A stretch of 64,000 bases of DNA, taken from assembly GCA_020137815.1 (NCBI GenBank), contig CM035351.1, positions 8,122,001-8,186,000 on the forward strand, read 5' to 3'. The notes under the pieces are model-generated. The model did not search any database and was not told the DNA's origin. It saw only the letters and a program-made list of their open reading frames with translations. Shown here one piece after another: positions 12,524 to 50,815 of the stretch (the first letter of the stretch is position 1; each line of letters begins with the position of its first letter). Origin of the DNA: Hormiphora californensis. Its lineage: Eukaryota > Animalia > Ctenophora. A program made the position numbers and the translations under genes.

Positions 12524-13876
12524 TAGGCCAGTCATATGACGTCGATATATCGCTGAAAAAGGAAGTAATTGATCTAAAAGCGATTCCACTTCCAGGGCCC
12601 TCCAATGGGTCTCTACAACCACCAAAAAAATTTACCGCGGGTACCGCGATGGAGAAATCGGTCATTTTCGGGTTTATTTTGCACCTGCATAAATATAGGC
12701 TAGGACGAATGCGATGTACGGTAAAAACCGTCTTTGGAAACAAGTAGAAAAGAAATCAAGGGCACTAAAGTGTGTAGCGTCCTCGCATTAGTGGGGGTAG
12801 GTGCTGGAATTAAGTCTCTATCTTATCAGGTTAATTAGATAATTGGATAATTAGATGCGCACATAGCCGTTTTATGGTTATACGGTAAAAACCATCTTTG
12901 GAATGGAGTAGAGAAAAAACCGAGGGTACTAGAGTGATCAGCGTCCTCGAATTAGTGGGGGTGGGTACCAAAATTAAGTTCCTATCTCATCGCGTTAATT
13001 AGATAATTGGATAATTAGGTATGTGCATAACCGTTTTTAGGTTACATGGCTATAGCCACTTAGGAATGGTTTAGAGACTTTTCATTGGTGCCATTTTGTA
13101 GGCAATAGCCAAGTTATTGGGGGTCGACGTCGGACTTTTAAGCTCTATATTCAACCGTTTAGCCGTTATTTGGCTTTAAAGGTGCTCAAAGTGAGCAACA
13201 AAGCGGTAAAAAGACCGATTTTGAGCACCTTTAAAGCCATATAACGGCTAAATGGTTGAATATAGAGCTTAAAAGTCCGACGTCGACCCCCCATAACTTG
13301 GCTATTGCCTACAAAATGGCACCAATGAAAAGTCTCTAAACCATTCCTAAGTGGCTATAGCCATGTAACCTAAAAACGGTTATGCGCATACCTAATTATC
13401 CAATTAACTAATTAACGCGATGAGATAGGAACTTAATTTTGGTACCTACCCCCACTAATTCGAGGACGCTGATCACTCTAGTACCCTCGGTTTTTTCTCT
13501 ACTCCATTCCAAAGATGGTTTTTACCGTATAACCATAAAACGGCTATGTGCACATCTAATTATCCAATTATCTAATTAACCTGATAAGATAGAGACTTAA
13601 TTCCAGCACCTACCCCCACTAATGCGAGGACGCTACACACTTTAGTGCCCTTGATTTCTTTTCTACTTGTTTCCAAAGACGGTTTTTACCGTATATCGCA
13701 TTCGTCCTAGGCTATATTTATGCAGGTGCAAAATAAACCCGGAAATGACCGATTTCTCCATCGCGGTACCCGCGGTAAATTTTTTTGGTGGTTGTAGAGA
13801 CCCATTGGAGTGCCCTGGAAGTGGAATCGCTTTTAGATCAATTAGTTCCATTTCACAACGTCATATGACTGGCCTA
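12524..13876. mobile_element. Foldback-type element: ~1.35 kb palindrome with ~660-bp arms and a short spacer
   Basis: Ends TAGGCCAGTCATATGACG ... CGTCATATGACTGGCCTA. ORF-track peptides are mirrored (12499-12747 + versus 13663-13851 -). Each arm contains a ~163-bp internal tandem duplication. TA at both ends. Confidence 0.9.
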
Positions 13877-14049
13877 CACACACAGACGTTTTTTGTCCCC
13901 GTCCATAAACAAAGTTGTCACTTGCAAAGCTTAAAAAGATAAAAAAGTTACTGCGTACCATACAGCTTTAGTATTTAAATACGAAACAAAAATTTGATAA
14001 CAACAACACAATATATAATTAAAGTCTCTTTCCCCGGTTTAAAAAGTGT

Positions 14050-38553
<24,504 letters not shown>

Positions 38554-39133
38554 TTAAATGTTGGGGTATTAAGTAATGGTCGCCACTCCAAGTTTCGGTT
38601 TAGCAAAGTGCGGTTGAGGTTTGCTTAGCAAACCTCAATTGACCTGTGTCCTGTGGCGACTGGCGCTCTAGAGACAAATTCAGCCTGAGAATAAATAGGA
38701 ATTTAAATAGTGTGTGGGACGTAGGCAACTTTATGTCGTTCTTTTTAGAATTTCTCGAAGGAATAAAACGTTTTTGCTACCAGTTTGTTTAAAAACTAAA
38801 AAGTGGAGTGAAAAAATTTTTTCTGTGAATCGAATTTTATAAATTTTAGCTTTTTTATTTGCGCGCACGAACTAAACGCGCAAAAGAATTCCGCGCGTTC
38901 AAAATTGATAATCAACGTGCTACACTTGTAAAAAATATCATGTCCATACCCATCAAATAACAGTCAATGAAAGAAAAGAAGTCTTGCCTTGCGTGGAAAG
39001 GGTAAAAAGATCAATTGGAAATAGATAGTCGATTTCGATAGTCTAATGGGCAGCCGATAGTATAGAGTTGCCATGCTACGCAGTCTGTCTATCGGCACTT
39101 AAGCGCACTTAAGCGCCTTTGGGCTCGCGTAAG

Positions 39134-39162
39134 CTCACACCGGGCCTTCGGCCCGGTGTGAG
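39134..39162. other. GC-rich hairpin CTCACACCGGGC-CTTCG-GCCCGGTGTGAG
   Basis: Perfect 12-bp stem with a TTCG-containing loop, in the divergent intergenic region between PPIP5K and tubulin. Confidence 0.6.
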
Positions 39163-40503
39163 AGCTGACAGACAAGGAACATGTCAAGTATAGAGCTGCA
39201 GTATTATTACAGTACAGGGGAGGAAAGTTGACATCTAGGGAGCTGATCAGCGCGCCACGTACAGCGACGTGCCCAAGTAAGTGAAGGTGAACTGATTGGG
39301 AAGGAAAGAACTAGGAATTTGATAAGAAATGCAATAAAATAGAGGAGAAGGAATGGTAACCTGTCATTATATTTGCAGTAGGGAACCGGAACTGTTTGGC
39401 GGCTGTCAGAAGGTGTCCCCGTATTGATTCTCGGTTCGGCCCCACCAGACAGATAGGGAATGGTACTGTCGTTAGTGAGTACTCACTCATGAGTGTGAAT
39501 TCCTGATAAGTAATAGCGATGCCGTGCAGTAATAGTGATGCCGTGCAGTAATTATGATGCCGTGCAGTGGATATTAAAGAAGTCGAATAAACCCGATTCC
39601 TCGAGGAAGGAAGAAATAATAACTGTGTTCCTACCTGAATAAGCTTCGGAACGGAGATGCATCTCTTCAAGGGCTCTGATATCCTCATGGCTCCATTGAG
39701 ATCTTCCTTTCTTTCTAAAAACTCATGGCTCCAATGAGATCCTGTCAGGCCAATGCTCTGACCACAGTTCTCGCGCGCTCCGAGAGTGGGTCAGGCCAAT
39801 GCTCTGACAGATGAGATCTTCCTTTCTAAAAACTCATGGCTCCATTGAAGTCTTCCTTTCCATTCATTCAATCATTTAATTTTTTTATACAGATATGTCC
39901 ATTTGTTACTTTAGTCGCTCTTTGTCATTTTGTTAGCTCACCCCGCACCTGCACCCACGCCATATGTGCAGGGTAAGCTAACGATTACCCACGGTGATCG
40001 TATTCTACAGTTTTGATCATGTTAGTGAGTACAGTTTCAGTGATCGTACTCTCAATTCTGTACTACCTAGGATTGAGAATACGTCAATACGATCATTGGA
40101 TCTGAGCTCCTTTGAATCCTTCGACTCGGACTAACGTCACGCAACTTGTGTCACTGAAATAGGGAAATGCAATTGCAGTGGTAAAAACGGATTTCATGAT
40201 TTTCTCTGTATAAACCGCCGCGTTGCTTCCTAGCAATTACTTGCATACGAAAGGCAGAGAGAGTGTGAGAGAGAGAAGGAGAGAGAGAAGGAGAGATCAG
40301 AGAGTGAGAGAAAGTGAGATCAAAGAGAGAACGATATTTTAAATAAGGGCGCTGTTGTAACAAGTACAATGTCTCATGCAATGTCCAGTTTCCCCAAGCA
40401 AACAAGCTCGTGGACTGTTTAACAATTTGTTGAGGAGCAATTGTGTGCTTGCTTGCTACATCTCCCTGGAAACATCACGGCGGAGGATGGAGGAGTGGAG
40501 GAG

Positions 40504-40511
40504 TATAAAAG
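40504..40511 (+). promoter_or_regulatory. TATA box of the alpha-tubulin gene
   Basis: TATAAAAG about 100 bp upstream of the ATG, with an initiator-like TCATT about 30 bp downstream of it. Confidence 0.6.
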
Positions 40512-40603
40512 GGCCCCAATAACGGTGGATCTTCATTCGAGTTTTTCTCTCCAATCTATCTTCGTTACTCCGTCAACCTTTTTAACGACAACTCTACTTC
40601 ATC

Positions 40604-42070
<1,467 letters not shown>

Positions 42071-42301
42071 GTTACCTAACCTGAACGCTAACCTGAATCA
42101 CCCGATAAGGGAGAGGAGCAACCTCCAAACCTGAGTCACCCGGGGGAATTAAACGGACTTTTTGGGCTCTTTTTTAGAGTTTGATATATTTCTGTTTTGT
42201 TTTCCCAACTTATAAACCTTGTATATACAGAAAAACGGATTTAAACAGCAACTAACTAAATGTAGTTATAATTGACTTTAAAACACCACGAACATATCAA
42301 A

Positions 42302-44068
42302 TTAATGTCCTGCACAGTTACCAAGTCCCTGGTGGCAGCTCTCTCTGGTAGTATCTGGAGTTGTACACTTCTCACTGTCATCATTCGCACACCCAACAAC
42401 ATCCCCATAGCAGTAGGTTTTAAACCAGCTCGATTCAGTTCGACATCTACAAGCACTGCCCTTTGGAGCGGGTTTCTTCACTCTACACCCACTACTGTGA
42501 TACTCACACTCACACTCATCCCCATACCCACTGCAGTTACCACCTCCAAGTAGACATGATCTCAGGGAGGTATCAGGAGCTGGACAGGATTGTAGTAGGG
42601 TACTGGGACAAAGGGAGGAGTGGCCCCGACACTGTCCATTGGAGTACCTCCGGCAGTGGCAGGCTGTTGAATTGGGAGATGGTGAGGTTATTTTGCAGCC
42701 ATCAGCTTCCTTATCACACTCACAATTCTCATCGTACCCAGTGCAATCGCCGCCTCCCTGGAGACAGGATAGCAGAGTGGTAGATAAGGGAGTACAGTTA
42801 GGGGATGAAGGATCAGCACATCTCACTACCTCGCCCTCACACACCCCCTTACTATCTTTATCACACCGACATGCCTCTCCTGCACCCTCAGGACCTGTAG
42901 TAACAGTACAACCACTTCCGTTATACTCGCACGTGCAGGTAGACCGACCTGTGTAACCGGTACACTGTCCAGAGCCCAGGATACATGATTCGTATGTTGT
43001 GTCCGGGGTGATGCACTGGGGAGAGGTATTGTCAAAACAACCGACGACTTTACCCCGGCATGTAGTGGAATTATTGTAGGTGGAAATAGAGCACTGACAG
43101 GCGGATAGTGAGGGTGCGGGGTTAGAAATCTTGCAGCCATCCTCTCCTTCCAGCTCACAGGAGCAGTATCCTGCTGAGTAGACGGGTGTAGCAGAGGGAT
43201 CAGTAAGAGGGATGACATCATTTAAAGTGTACAGCTCGTACCCTCTCTCTCTGACCCAGGTCACCAACTCAGGAACAGCGTTAGTTATCATACCCCTTGC
43301 ACCGGCCTCATAGTACATGTCCCAATCACGCACTGTGTCGATGGTCCAAATAATCGTCTCACTTACAACACCCTGTGCCTTGTTAACTCTTCCTAGAACT
43401 GCTTCCGTCTCAAAGTTACGGAACGCCTGGAGACAAGCGGTGATTCCAGCTGAAATGACAGTCCGGGGATGATCTAACTTTGCCAAAAACTCGATCTGTT
43501 CGCTAAACTGACTATACATATCGAATGTAATCATGATCTTATCGTCCAACCCTTCAACTTTAGCTTGTTTTGAAACCTCGTTCAGGTAGAGCGAGTTAGG
43601 ACCTCCAACCAGTATGTACCCTTTGTATCCCGCTCCCACCAGATCCTCCTTAATCAACTTGACCATGTTCCTTGCTGCGTGCTCATGTTTATCAGTTGTC
43701 ACCGCATCTATCTTGCTATCCAGATACACCATTGCAACCTGATCCTTCAGCTCGTGTCGCATGAGATAGGCCAGAATGGCAGTGACAGGGCGTGTCCGGG
43801 TACATATCTCAGAGATAGGGAACATGCACATGCCATATCCAATGAAGCAGGAACAATCACAGGGTGTCCCATGGTATGTTGTTTTAGCCTCCCCTGAACT
43901 ATCGAATCTAACATCAATCTCCAGGGCATTGGCCCCCGCCGCCAGGGACCAACCAAGTGCTCCTTCAGTGTTTGCCATGTGGGCTATGGCCCAGAATTTG
44001 TCAGATGATGCAGCATCAGCCACACAAATAATTGATAGCAATGGGATGAGAAGAGATATACGTAGCAT
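42302..44068 (-). CDS. Secreted sphingomyelinase D / phospholipase D (GDPD-like, SicTox homolog) with four C-terminal 10-Cys repeats, 588 aa, intronless
   Basis: Signal peptide MLRISLLIPLLSIICVADA. Catalytic and Mg-binding motifs AIAHMAN, GANALEID, YHGTPCDC, YLDSK, WTID, GMITN. Four ~70-aa repeats of pattern CxC...GC...ACxC...C.G....C......C......SC..G.G.C.GY. Confidence 0.9.
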   Translation of the reverse strand: MLRISLLIPLLSIICVADAASSDKFWAIAHMANTEGALGWSLAAGANALEIDVRFDSSGEAKTTYHGTPCDCSCFIGYGMCMFPISEICTRTRPVTAILAYLMRHELKDQVAMVYLDSKIDAVTTDKHEHAARNMVKLIKEDLVGAGYKGYILVGGPNSLYLNEVSKQAKVEGLDDKIMITFDMYSQFSEQIEFLAKLDHPRTVISAGITACLQAFRNFETEAVLGRVNKAQGVVSETIIWTIDTVRDWDMYYEAGARGMITNAVPELVTWVRERGYELYTLNDVIPLTDPSATPVYSAGYCSCELEGEDGCKISNPAPSLSACQCSISTYNNSTTCRGKVVGCFDNTSPQCITPDTTYESCILGSGQCTGYTGRSTCTCEYNGSGCTVTTGPEGAGEACRCDKDSKGVCEGEVVRCADPSSPNCTPLSTTLLSCLQGGGDCTGYDENCECDKEADGCKITSPSPNSTACHCRRYSNGQCRGHSSLCPSTLLQSCPAPDTSLRSCLLGGGNCSGYGDECECEYHSSGCRVKKPAPKGSACRCRTESSWFKTYCYGDVVGCANDDSEKCTTPDTTRESCHQGLGNCAGH

Positions 44069-44608
44069 TTCCTGACAAGAGAGTTTCAGCTGGTATAACT
44101 TGTTGAGGGGGTTGGGATGTCGTAGTGTCAAATAATGGTTCCTGAGACAATGGAAATCTTTTAATTTTGCTAGTTTACTACGTGTGCCATGTGTCAAATG
44201 AAGTTGGCAGATATAACAGTACAATGGAGCTACGATGAAATTAGGAGAGAGGAAGACACTGCCGGGGGTAATTTATTTAGCATTTCAAAGATGTGGCAAA
44301 CACTGAACTCCCCCAGCCCCTGTCTGGCGCCGCCGACCCCATCTGAGCGCACTGTCGTCGACACTCGACAGTCTGTCGAGAATGAAGTTGGGGTATGGGC
44401 GCCGCCATACAGCCCAGCCCTGATAAATCAGTCAGACAATCTGTAAAATGTCTGACTAGGGCCTACTGATGTACCTGAGTAATATAAATACAGCTGCTTC
44501 GATACTAGGTAGTACTACCAAAGCGGACAGTGCGTCAGTGCAGTACCGATGCTACCATTGCAGCTACCTATCAATTGTAATGTTACCACATGGCCAACTG
44601 CCTCCTCT

Positions 44609-45227
<619 letters not shown>

Positions 45228-45498
45228 TCAACTGTTCACCCCTTTCTTTACATTCTTCAGACTTCACGATATCTCCGGTTCCTGATAAGATAAACACTTC
45301 ATCACGATATAAATTTAATTTTGAGATCTTTTTAATGCACCCGGGATGAAGTCCCTAACCAGTAACATATCAGGCACCGGAGTAATCGCAGAAATAAACT
45401 TTGCGAAAACCAGAGGGTGGACAGTTTAAAATCAATATTTTGAATCCTTACCACGTCCACAATGTAAGCGTTGTTCTCCACGATTAAAATCCCTAGAA

Positions 45499-46224
45499 AT
45501 GTCATTAGTGTTGAGGAGAGCGTGTTGTTTACGGAACCAAACACTAAAGACCCCGCGATTCAGAGGAAAATCAACCTTAACGAGGCCCTTTCACCGGTTA
45601 AAAGAGCTTTTAGAGCAACGCCCATACCTATCAAATACATTAATAGCCGGGTTCTTCTGTTTTGCTGGTGATTTGACTCAACAGCTACTCTACAATGACA
45701 AAATAAAACTCGGTGAGGTACGGTCATGTTGCTAAAACTTGCCTTGTTCGACCCTCCCTCCCCAAAAACAAAACAAGCTAAAACAATCCCTTTTTGTGTT
45801 TCTTCAAAATTTTTGATATCTGAAAACCCATCAATGTCTCCTTCAGCTGGCTACGTTTACCGGAATGGGGTTGGTATTCGGTCCAGTAGGATACGCTTGG
45901 TATGGAAAACTTGACAAGTGGTTTCCTGGCACCGCTAACTTGACAATCATAAAGAAACTTTTCCTAGATGAGATTGTGTGGGGTCCGTTTTTTACTTTTG
46001 TTATTTTTGGGATACTTCCCTATGCTGAAACTAAAGACAAAGACTTTGCTTTGAAAGAGTTAGAGCGAAAATTCCTTCCCGCATGGCTGGGTTCTGCTTC
46101 GTTTTGGATTATTTTTCAGGGTATTAATTTTAAGTTTTTACCACTCCAGTATCGTGTTGCATATTTTATGGGACTGAGTTTTGTCTTCGATACATGTCTT
46201 GCCATTTATCGTTACCAATATTAA
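45499..46224 (+). CDS. MPV17/PMP22 family membrane protein (MPV17L2-like); exons 45499-45717 and 45847-46224
   Basis: Basic N-terminus; P..SNTLI.G...AGDLTQQ; FGPVGYAWYGKLD; KKLFLDEIVW.P; FW..FQGINFKFLPLQYRV. Phase-0 GT-AG intron. Confidence 0.88.
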
Positions 46225-46367
46225 ATCATGTGTACATAATTATCAAAAGTATTTATTTTCATAATTTGAGATGTTTTATGGCATGGTGTTTTGATTCGTG
46301 TGGAAGTTTGTAAAGCAGCTTATGATTCGTAATTAAACCCTATAATTTCCCTTATGTTGAATAAAGG

Positions 46368-46852
46368 ATGAAGTTGTTAACGCACAATATGATGAAGTCT
46401 CACTGTAAAGGGGTTGTTAATGGGTTCCCTTTAAAACTATCATCAACACAGGTAACACCAATGATTGAATTCTTCTCAAATTGGTTGTTTGCTGCCATGT
46501 TGATTTGTTTAGAATTCCCCTATTTAAAATACTCATAGTTCATATCCCCAATTAGGTGGAGGCTAAAGGAGGTTGAGTTCAACGCTGATTTCATAACCCG
46601 GATGTTGGAGAGGCTGGAGTGGGGAGCGTTGGTGGATGCCGCTGGTCAGTTGGGTGTGGCTGATGGGCTCCCCGAGATGGCCCCCTCATCTGGAAAGGAG
46701 GAGGAAGATGAGGAAGATGTCCTCCGGAAAATCCACCACGTCCTCCTAGAGGTGGAAATCACAGAGGGAGAGTTGGAGTGCCCGGAGACGGGTCGGAAGT
46801 TTCCCGATTAAAAACGGAATTCCGGATATGCGGCTTCAATGAGGATGAATGA
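46368..46852 (+). CDS. TRMT112: TRM112 methyltransferase activator (2 exons; 2-3 single-base indels, probably assembly errors)
   Basis: MKLLTHNM; EFNADFITRMLERLEW; LRKIHHVLLEVEITEGELECPETGRKFP; then, in a shifted frame, IKNGIPDM. Intron 46452-46556. Confidence 0.9.
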
Positions 46853-47115
46853 TGATGATGAGAGAGAGACTTGGAAGGGAGGGGTGCACTGTTTTAATTT
46901 ATTTGTTTTTATCCATACCAGTTCTTTAGACAAACCACTTTATTTTCATGTTCTTGTTAGCTTTCAGTTACATTCAAACTACGACCCCTCCCCCTAACTC
47001 TCCCCCTAACTCTCAACCAATGTATAATCCTCTATAGTGTTAGCTTTCAGATACTTTCTAACTACGACCCCCCCCCTCTAACTCTCAAACTACAATATAT
47101 AATCCTCTATAGTGG

Positions 47116-48603
47116 ATGGTACAGCTGGTGCAGGATGATCCACCTAGTCACGTGACCAGTAAAAAGTCACGTGACATACCCCAGGCCACGTGGCCATACC
47201 TTCTCTTCTCCCTTGGAGTGGTTCTTATAGCTGCAGGAGCATTCCAGATCCACTCGTACAAGCACCCCGGACAGTGCCCCTTCCATGTTCTCCTAGGAGG
47301 GGTAGGATGGTCTGAACAACGCAGTGTTTCTGTTAAGGTTCGTTATTCTTGCTTTTAATTCTAACCATCAAATCAACCAAATAGCTTTCTTTCATCTTAC
47401 CAAGTCGTGATATTGTGACCCCCTCAGGACGGACATTTTCATGAGGGTGGGATAAGGTACGGTGAGGAAACTGCCTTACCAGAGGGTTATATTGGAAGAG
47501 TTGTATCGTCTGAGGAACTTGCACGACATGGGTAAATATCACTTGCTCCTTCATAAACTAAACTTTACTCCTTCATAAACTAAACGTTACTCCTTCATAA
47601 ACTAAACGTTACTCCTTCATAAACTAAACGTTACTCCTTCATAAACTAAAAGTTACTCCTTCATAAACTAAACGTTACTCCTTTATAAACTAATCGTTAC
47701 TCCTTAATGAACTAAACGTTACTCCTTCATAAACTAAACGTTACTCCTTCATAAACTAAAAGTTACTCCTTCATAAACTAAACAATCAAAAACCTCTACA
47801 CAGACCAGGCTCGCAAGACCCATGGGTTTCAGTGTTGGGCCAGGTATACGATGTAAGTAAGGGTATGAAACACTATGGAGAAGGTGGGACATATTCCTTT
47901 TTCACCGGCCGAGACGGATCCCGGGCCTATTCTACGGGTGATTTCAGCGAGGCTGGTCTGACAGATGAAGTGGGTGATCTAACGTCAGAGCAGCTAGGAG
48001 AGGTTTACCACTGGATCAATATTTTCAGCAAGAAATACACTTTTGTAGGAAGACTCCAGGTAATTTCTTCTGCTCACTGTTGATATCAATATTGTTGGAA
48101 GTCAAAGCTACTGAAAGCAATTTCTAATTCTCTTTTCTTGTGCTGTGTCGATTGCAATTTATCTAGTATCTTTCCAGGGCCCCTTCTTTGGTAAAACTGG
48201 GTCACCCACTGAGAGATGGAGGGAGGTTGAGAGTTCTCTCCGGGCACTTGGAGCCCAGGAGGGACGGAAGAAGGAGCTGAAACGACGTTTTCCCGGCTGT
48301 AACAGTCACTATAACCAAGCTACAAAGGGTGGGGAGGTGTGGTGTACAGAAAAAAGGTAGCAGAAATTGGTAGTTTCCCTACTTCTTCCCCCATTCTGTC
48401 TAATTCCCCACCTCTTCCCTAAATCAAACCCCTTCAGTGGTGGGGTTACTAGAACCTGGATGGGTGTTCCCCGACAACTCCACCTGCCAGGGGAGCGAGT
48501 ACGGTGTGCTTGTGTCTCTGAGGATCTTCTAGGAGATGGGAAACTAAAACCGTACGAAGGATGTGAACCGACTGCAACGGCGTGTAAATTTAAACTTGAC
48601 TAA
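47116..48603 (+). CDS. CYB5D2: Neuferricin / cytochrome b5 domain-containing protein 2 (multi-exon)
   Basis: N-terminal transmembrane segment; LGQVYDVSKG.KHYG.GG.Y.FF.GRDGSRAY.TGDF; KY.FVGRL.G.F; FPGCNS; VWCTEKSGGV.R.W.GVPR.L; RCACV; YEGC. Confidence 0.9.
47546..47783. repeat. 22-bp intronic tandem repeat, ~11 copies (ACTCCTTCATAAACTAAACGTT)
   Basis: Direct observation inside a CYB5D2 intron. Confidence 0.9.
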
Positions 48604-48945
48604 TAAATTAATGGGCGTAACATTACTGACCCCGACGACTAATTAAATAATTGGGTAAGCTCCCCAGTACACTAAATAACAGCGCTATTTACTTACTACT
48701 TACGTAGAATCATAGATAACTGTCCACTAATGGACCCCCACTAATTTATACAACCAACTGTACATATATTTTGGTGCGTTTCTTGTAATCTCTCTTATAC
48801 CGTTATTTGTAATTTACATTCCTTTATCCTGAGTTTGTTCTATTGAATCTACCGTGGGAAATGTTTCACTTCAGTGGAATTGTCCTGACATCATTGTTAC
48901 CCAGTTTATACTAACTCCCTCTATCCCTGTTATAGCGCACAATTA

Positions 48946-50619
48946 ATGGACGTTGTTACAGTCTCTCAACGTAGTTTCCGCAGGATGCGGTTCCGACCTG
49001 AGCAGGGCAACCAAGCTGCTGCTGCGGTGTCTGTCCCTCAACTCAGTGTCCCGACTAATTTCGGCAGTCTGCTCCGCGGTTACAAAGGTCTCAATGACGT
49101 CACAATGACGACTAGTAACGGTGAGGAGGTAAAGGCAAACTCCCTTATCCTAACCCTAAACAGTCTCTTGATTTCTGAGATGGCAGAGAAGGATTTCCTG
49201 GTGGAGTTGGATATGACAGACTTTACCGCTGAGGGGGTCAACTGTTTTATTGAATGTTGCTACTCCGGATCTGTTGAGGGACAGCTAAACAGGGAAACTT
49301 TTCGTGATCTCAACAAAATAAGCATTGCATTTAAAGTGGATTGGATTGCTAAAGAGTGTCTCCGGTTTTTCTGTGATATATGTATCGACCTGACTGAGGA
49401 CTCTCTTGATGATGCCCGGTACTTGTTTGACGAAGCTGCCTTTTTAGTGAAAGAACGGTCTGATAAACAGTTGGTGAAGGCTCTCAATGTCGGGTTGAAG
49501 AAACAGTCTCCGGAGCTGAGATCTACTCTTATTCGTGACATAATGGCTCGTGATCCAATGGGAAGCATGGATATCAAAGTTTGCAGTTATTTAGCCGGTA
49601 CCTCGATCCCCACTTTGTACACAAGTTTAGCAGAGAGTATCCGGTGTAAACCTCGACCACACAGGCTAACCATTGATGAGAAGCAGCTATTAAACCCACC
49701 AGCTCTAGCGACTTGTCAACGTTTGGATAAAGATGCCTACCAACATCTGATGGACATCCTGAAAGCATCTGTTTCTCCTGACGATTTCGGTTTTCTATTC
49801 CAACTGTTGGCTGAGACGAGTAGAGCGTCTGGGGAAGAGGATTGCTTGAGTGGTGATGAAGATGTTGACCGGTTACTGCCAATTATAGAACGGACCTACC
49901 CGATTCCCATGAGCGGTAACTGGAAAGAAGGTATCGATTTGATCACGACAAATCCTCAAGTAAAAACGGACCGACATAAGCTAGAAATTCTTGTCAATGC
50001 CATGAGGACGACACATGGAGGAGAAGACAGGGAAATAGTTCAGCGTTTTAATGAAAATACAGGTCCAAGTAACATTATGTTTACCTTTCCTGTCTACTAT
50101 GATATAACCTTCGACGTCAAAAGACTTTATACCATTGGTAAGATTCCTCACCAACAATATAATTGCGGTTGGAATGGTGTTATGTTTGGTACTTACCCGA
50201 ATACACTTACTCCAAATCCAAAACCATTCGTTAAATCTATCCAGCTTTATCGACAAGGACATTCATTATGTGGTCAAAACTGTCACTGTCGTAATCGTAA
50301 CCCGCCAACCGCGACCGGTTGTAAGGGAATCCGTGCATGTGGCATTGCATTAAAAGTTTCTGTTACGGTTAGCGATGCAAATCGACTTCCAAAAGTTAAC
50401 ATTGCTTTTGATGATGTCCAACAAAAAAAGAGTGGTTTCAACTGTAAAGTTCATCCTATCAATTTCACAATTCTGGATTATATCAGTGTTGCGCTTATTA
50501 GTAAGAATAATCAACATGCTTTCGATCTTACGTTTAGTCCAACAAACTTTGATTTTAAGAGTGGTTATGAAAATGTTACAGGAATTCAGCTTTATTGGCC
50601 AAGCTCTATACCATGGTAA
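48946..50619 (+). CDS. BTB/POZ-domain protein, paralog 1 (557 aa, intronless; unknown Cys/His-containing C-terminal domain)
   Basis: NDVTMTTSNGEEVKANSLILTLNS...LDMTDFTAEGVNCFIECCYSGSV...ISIAFKVDWIAKECLRF fits the BTB pattern. Confidence 0.78.
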   Translation: MDVVTVSQRSFRRMRFRPEQGNQAAAAVSVPQLSVPTNFGSLLRGYKGLNDVTMTTSNGEEVKANSLILTLNSLLISEMAEKDFLVELDMTDFTAEGVNCFIECCYSGSVEGQLNRETFRDLNKISIAFKVDWIAKECLRFFCDICIDLTEDSLDDARYLFDEAAFLVKERSDKQLVKALNVGLKKQSPELRSTLIRDIMARDPMGSMDIKVCSYLAGTSIPTLYTSLAESIRCKPRPHRLTIDEKQLLNPPALATCQRLDKDAYQHLMDILKASVSPDDFGFLFQLLAETSRASGEEDCLSGDEDVDRLLPIIERTYPIPMSGNWKEGIDLITTNPQVKTDRHKLEILVNAMRTTHGGEDREIVQRFNENTGPSNIMFTFPVYYDITFDVKRLYTIGKIPHQQYNCGWNGVMFGTYPNTLTPNPKPFVKSIQLYRQGHSLCGQNCHCRNRNPPTATGCKGIRACGIALKVSVTVSDANRLPKVNIAFDDVQQKKSGFNCKVHPINFTILDYISVALISKNNQHAFDLTFSPTNFDFKSGYENVTGIQLYWPSSIPW

Positions 50620-50815
50620 ATTTATCATTTTATAATGTACGAGTGATAGTTATTAGACGCTGTACTGACAAACGAAAACAGGTGTATCTGGAGCAGACAA
50701 TTTATTGATAACGTGTTGAGACTGAATTAGAATAAATTCTATATTCTTCTAAGTCTAGAGTTAGCAAGGGTGAACTAGTGAAGAAATACTAGCATATTCG
50801 TAGCAAAGATTTGTA

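Noticed and set aside
12499-13942. Mirror-image short ORFs
   Set aside because: They result from the inverted repeat and show no transposase motifs.
46557-46852. Programmed frameshifting or pseudogenisation of TRMT112 (also LDHD exon 1)
   Set aside because: The extra bases are single and fall mostly in short homopolymers of otherwise conserved housekeeping genes. Long-read assembly indels are the simpler explanation.
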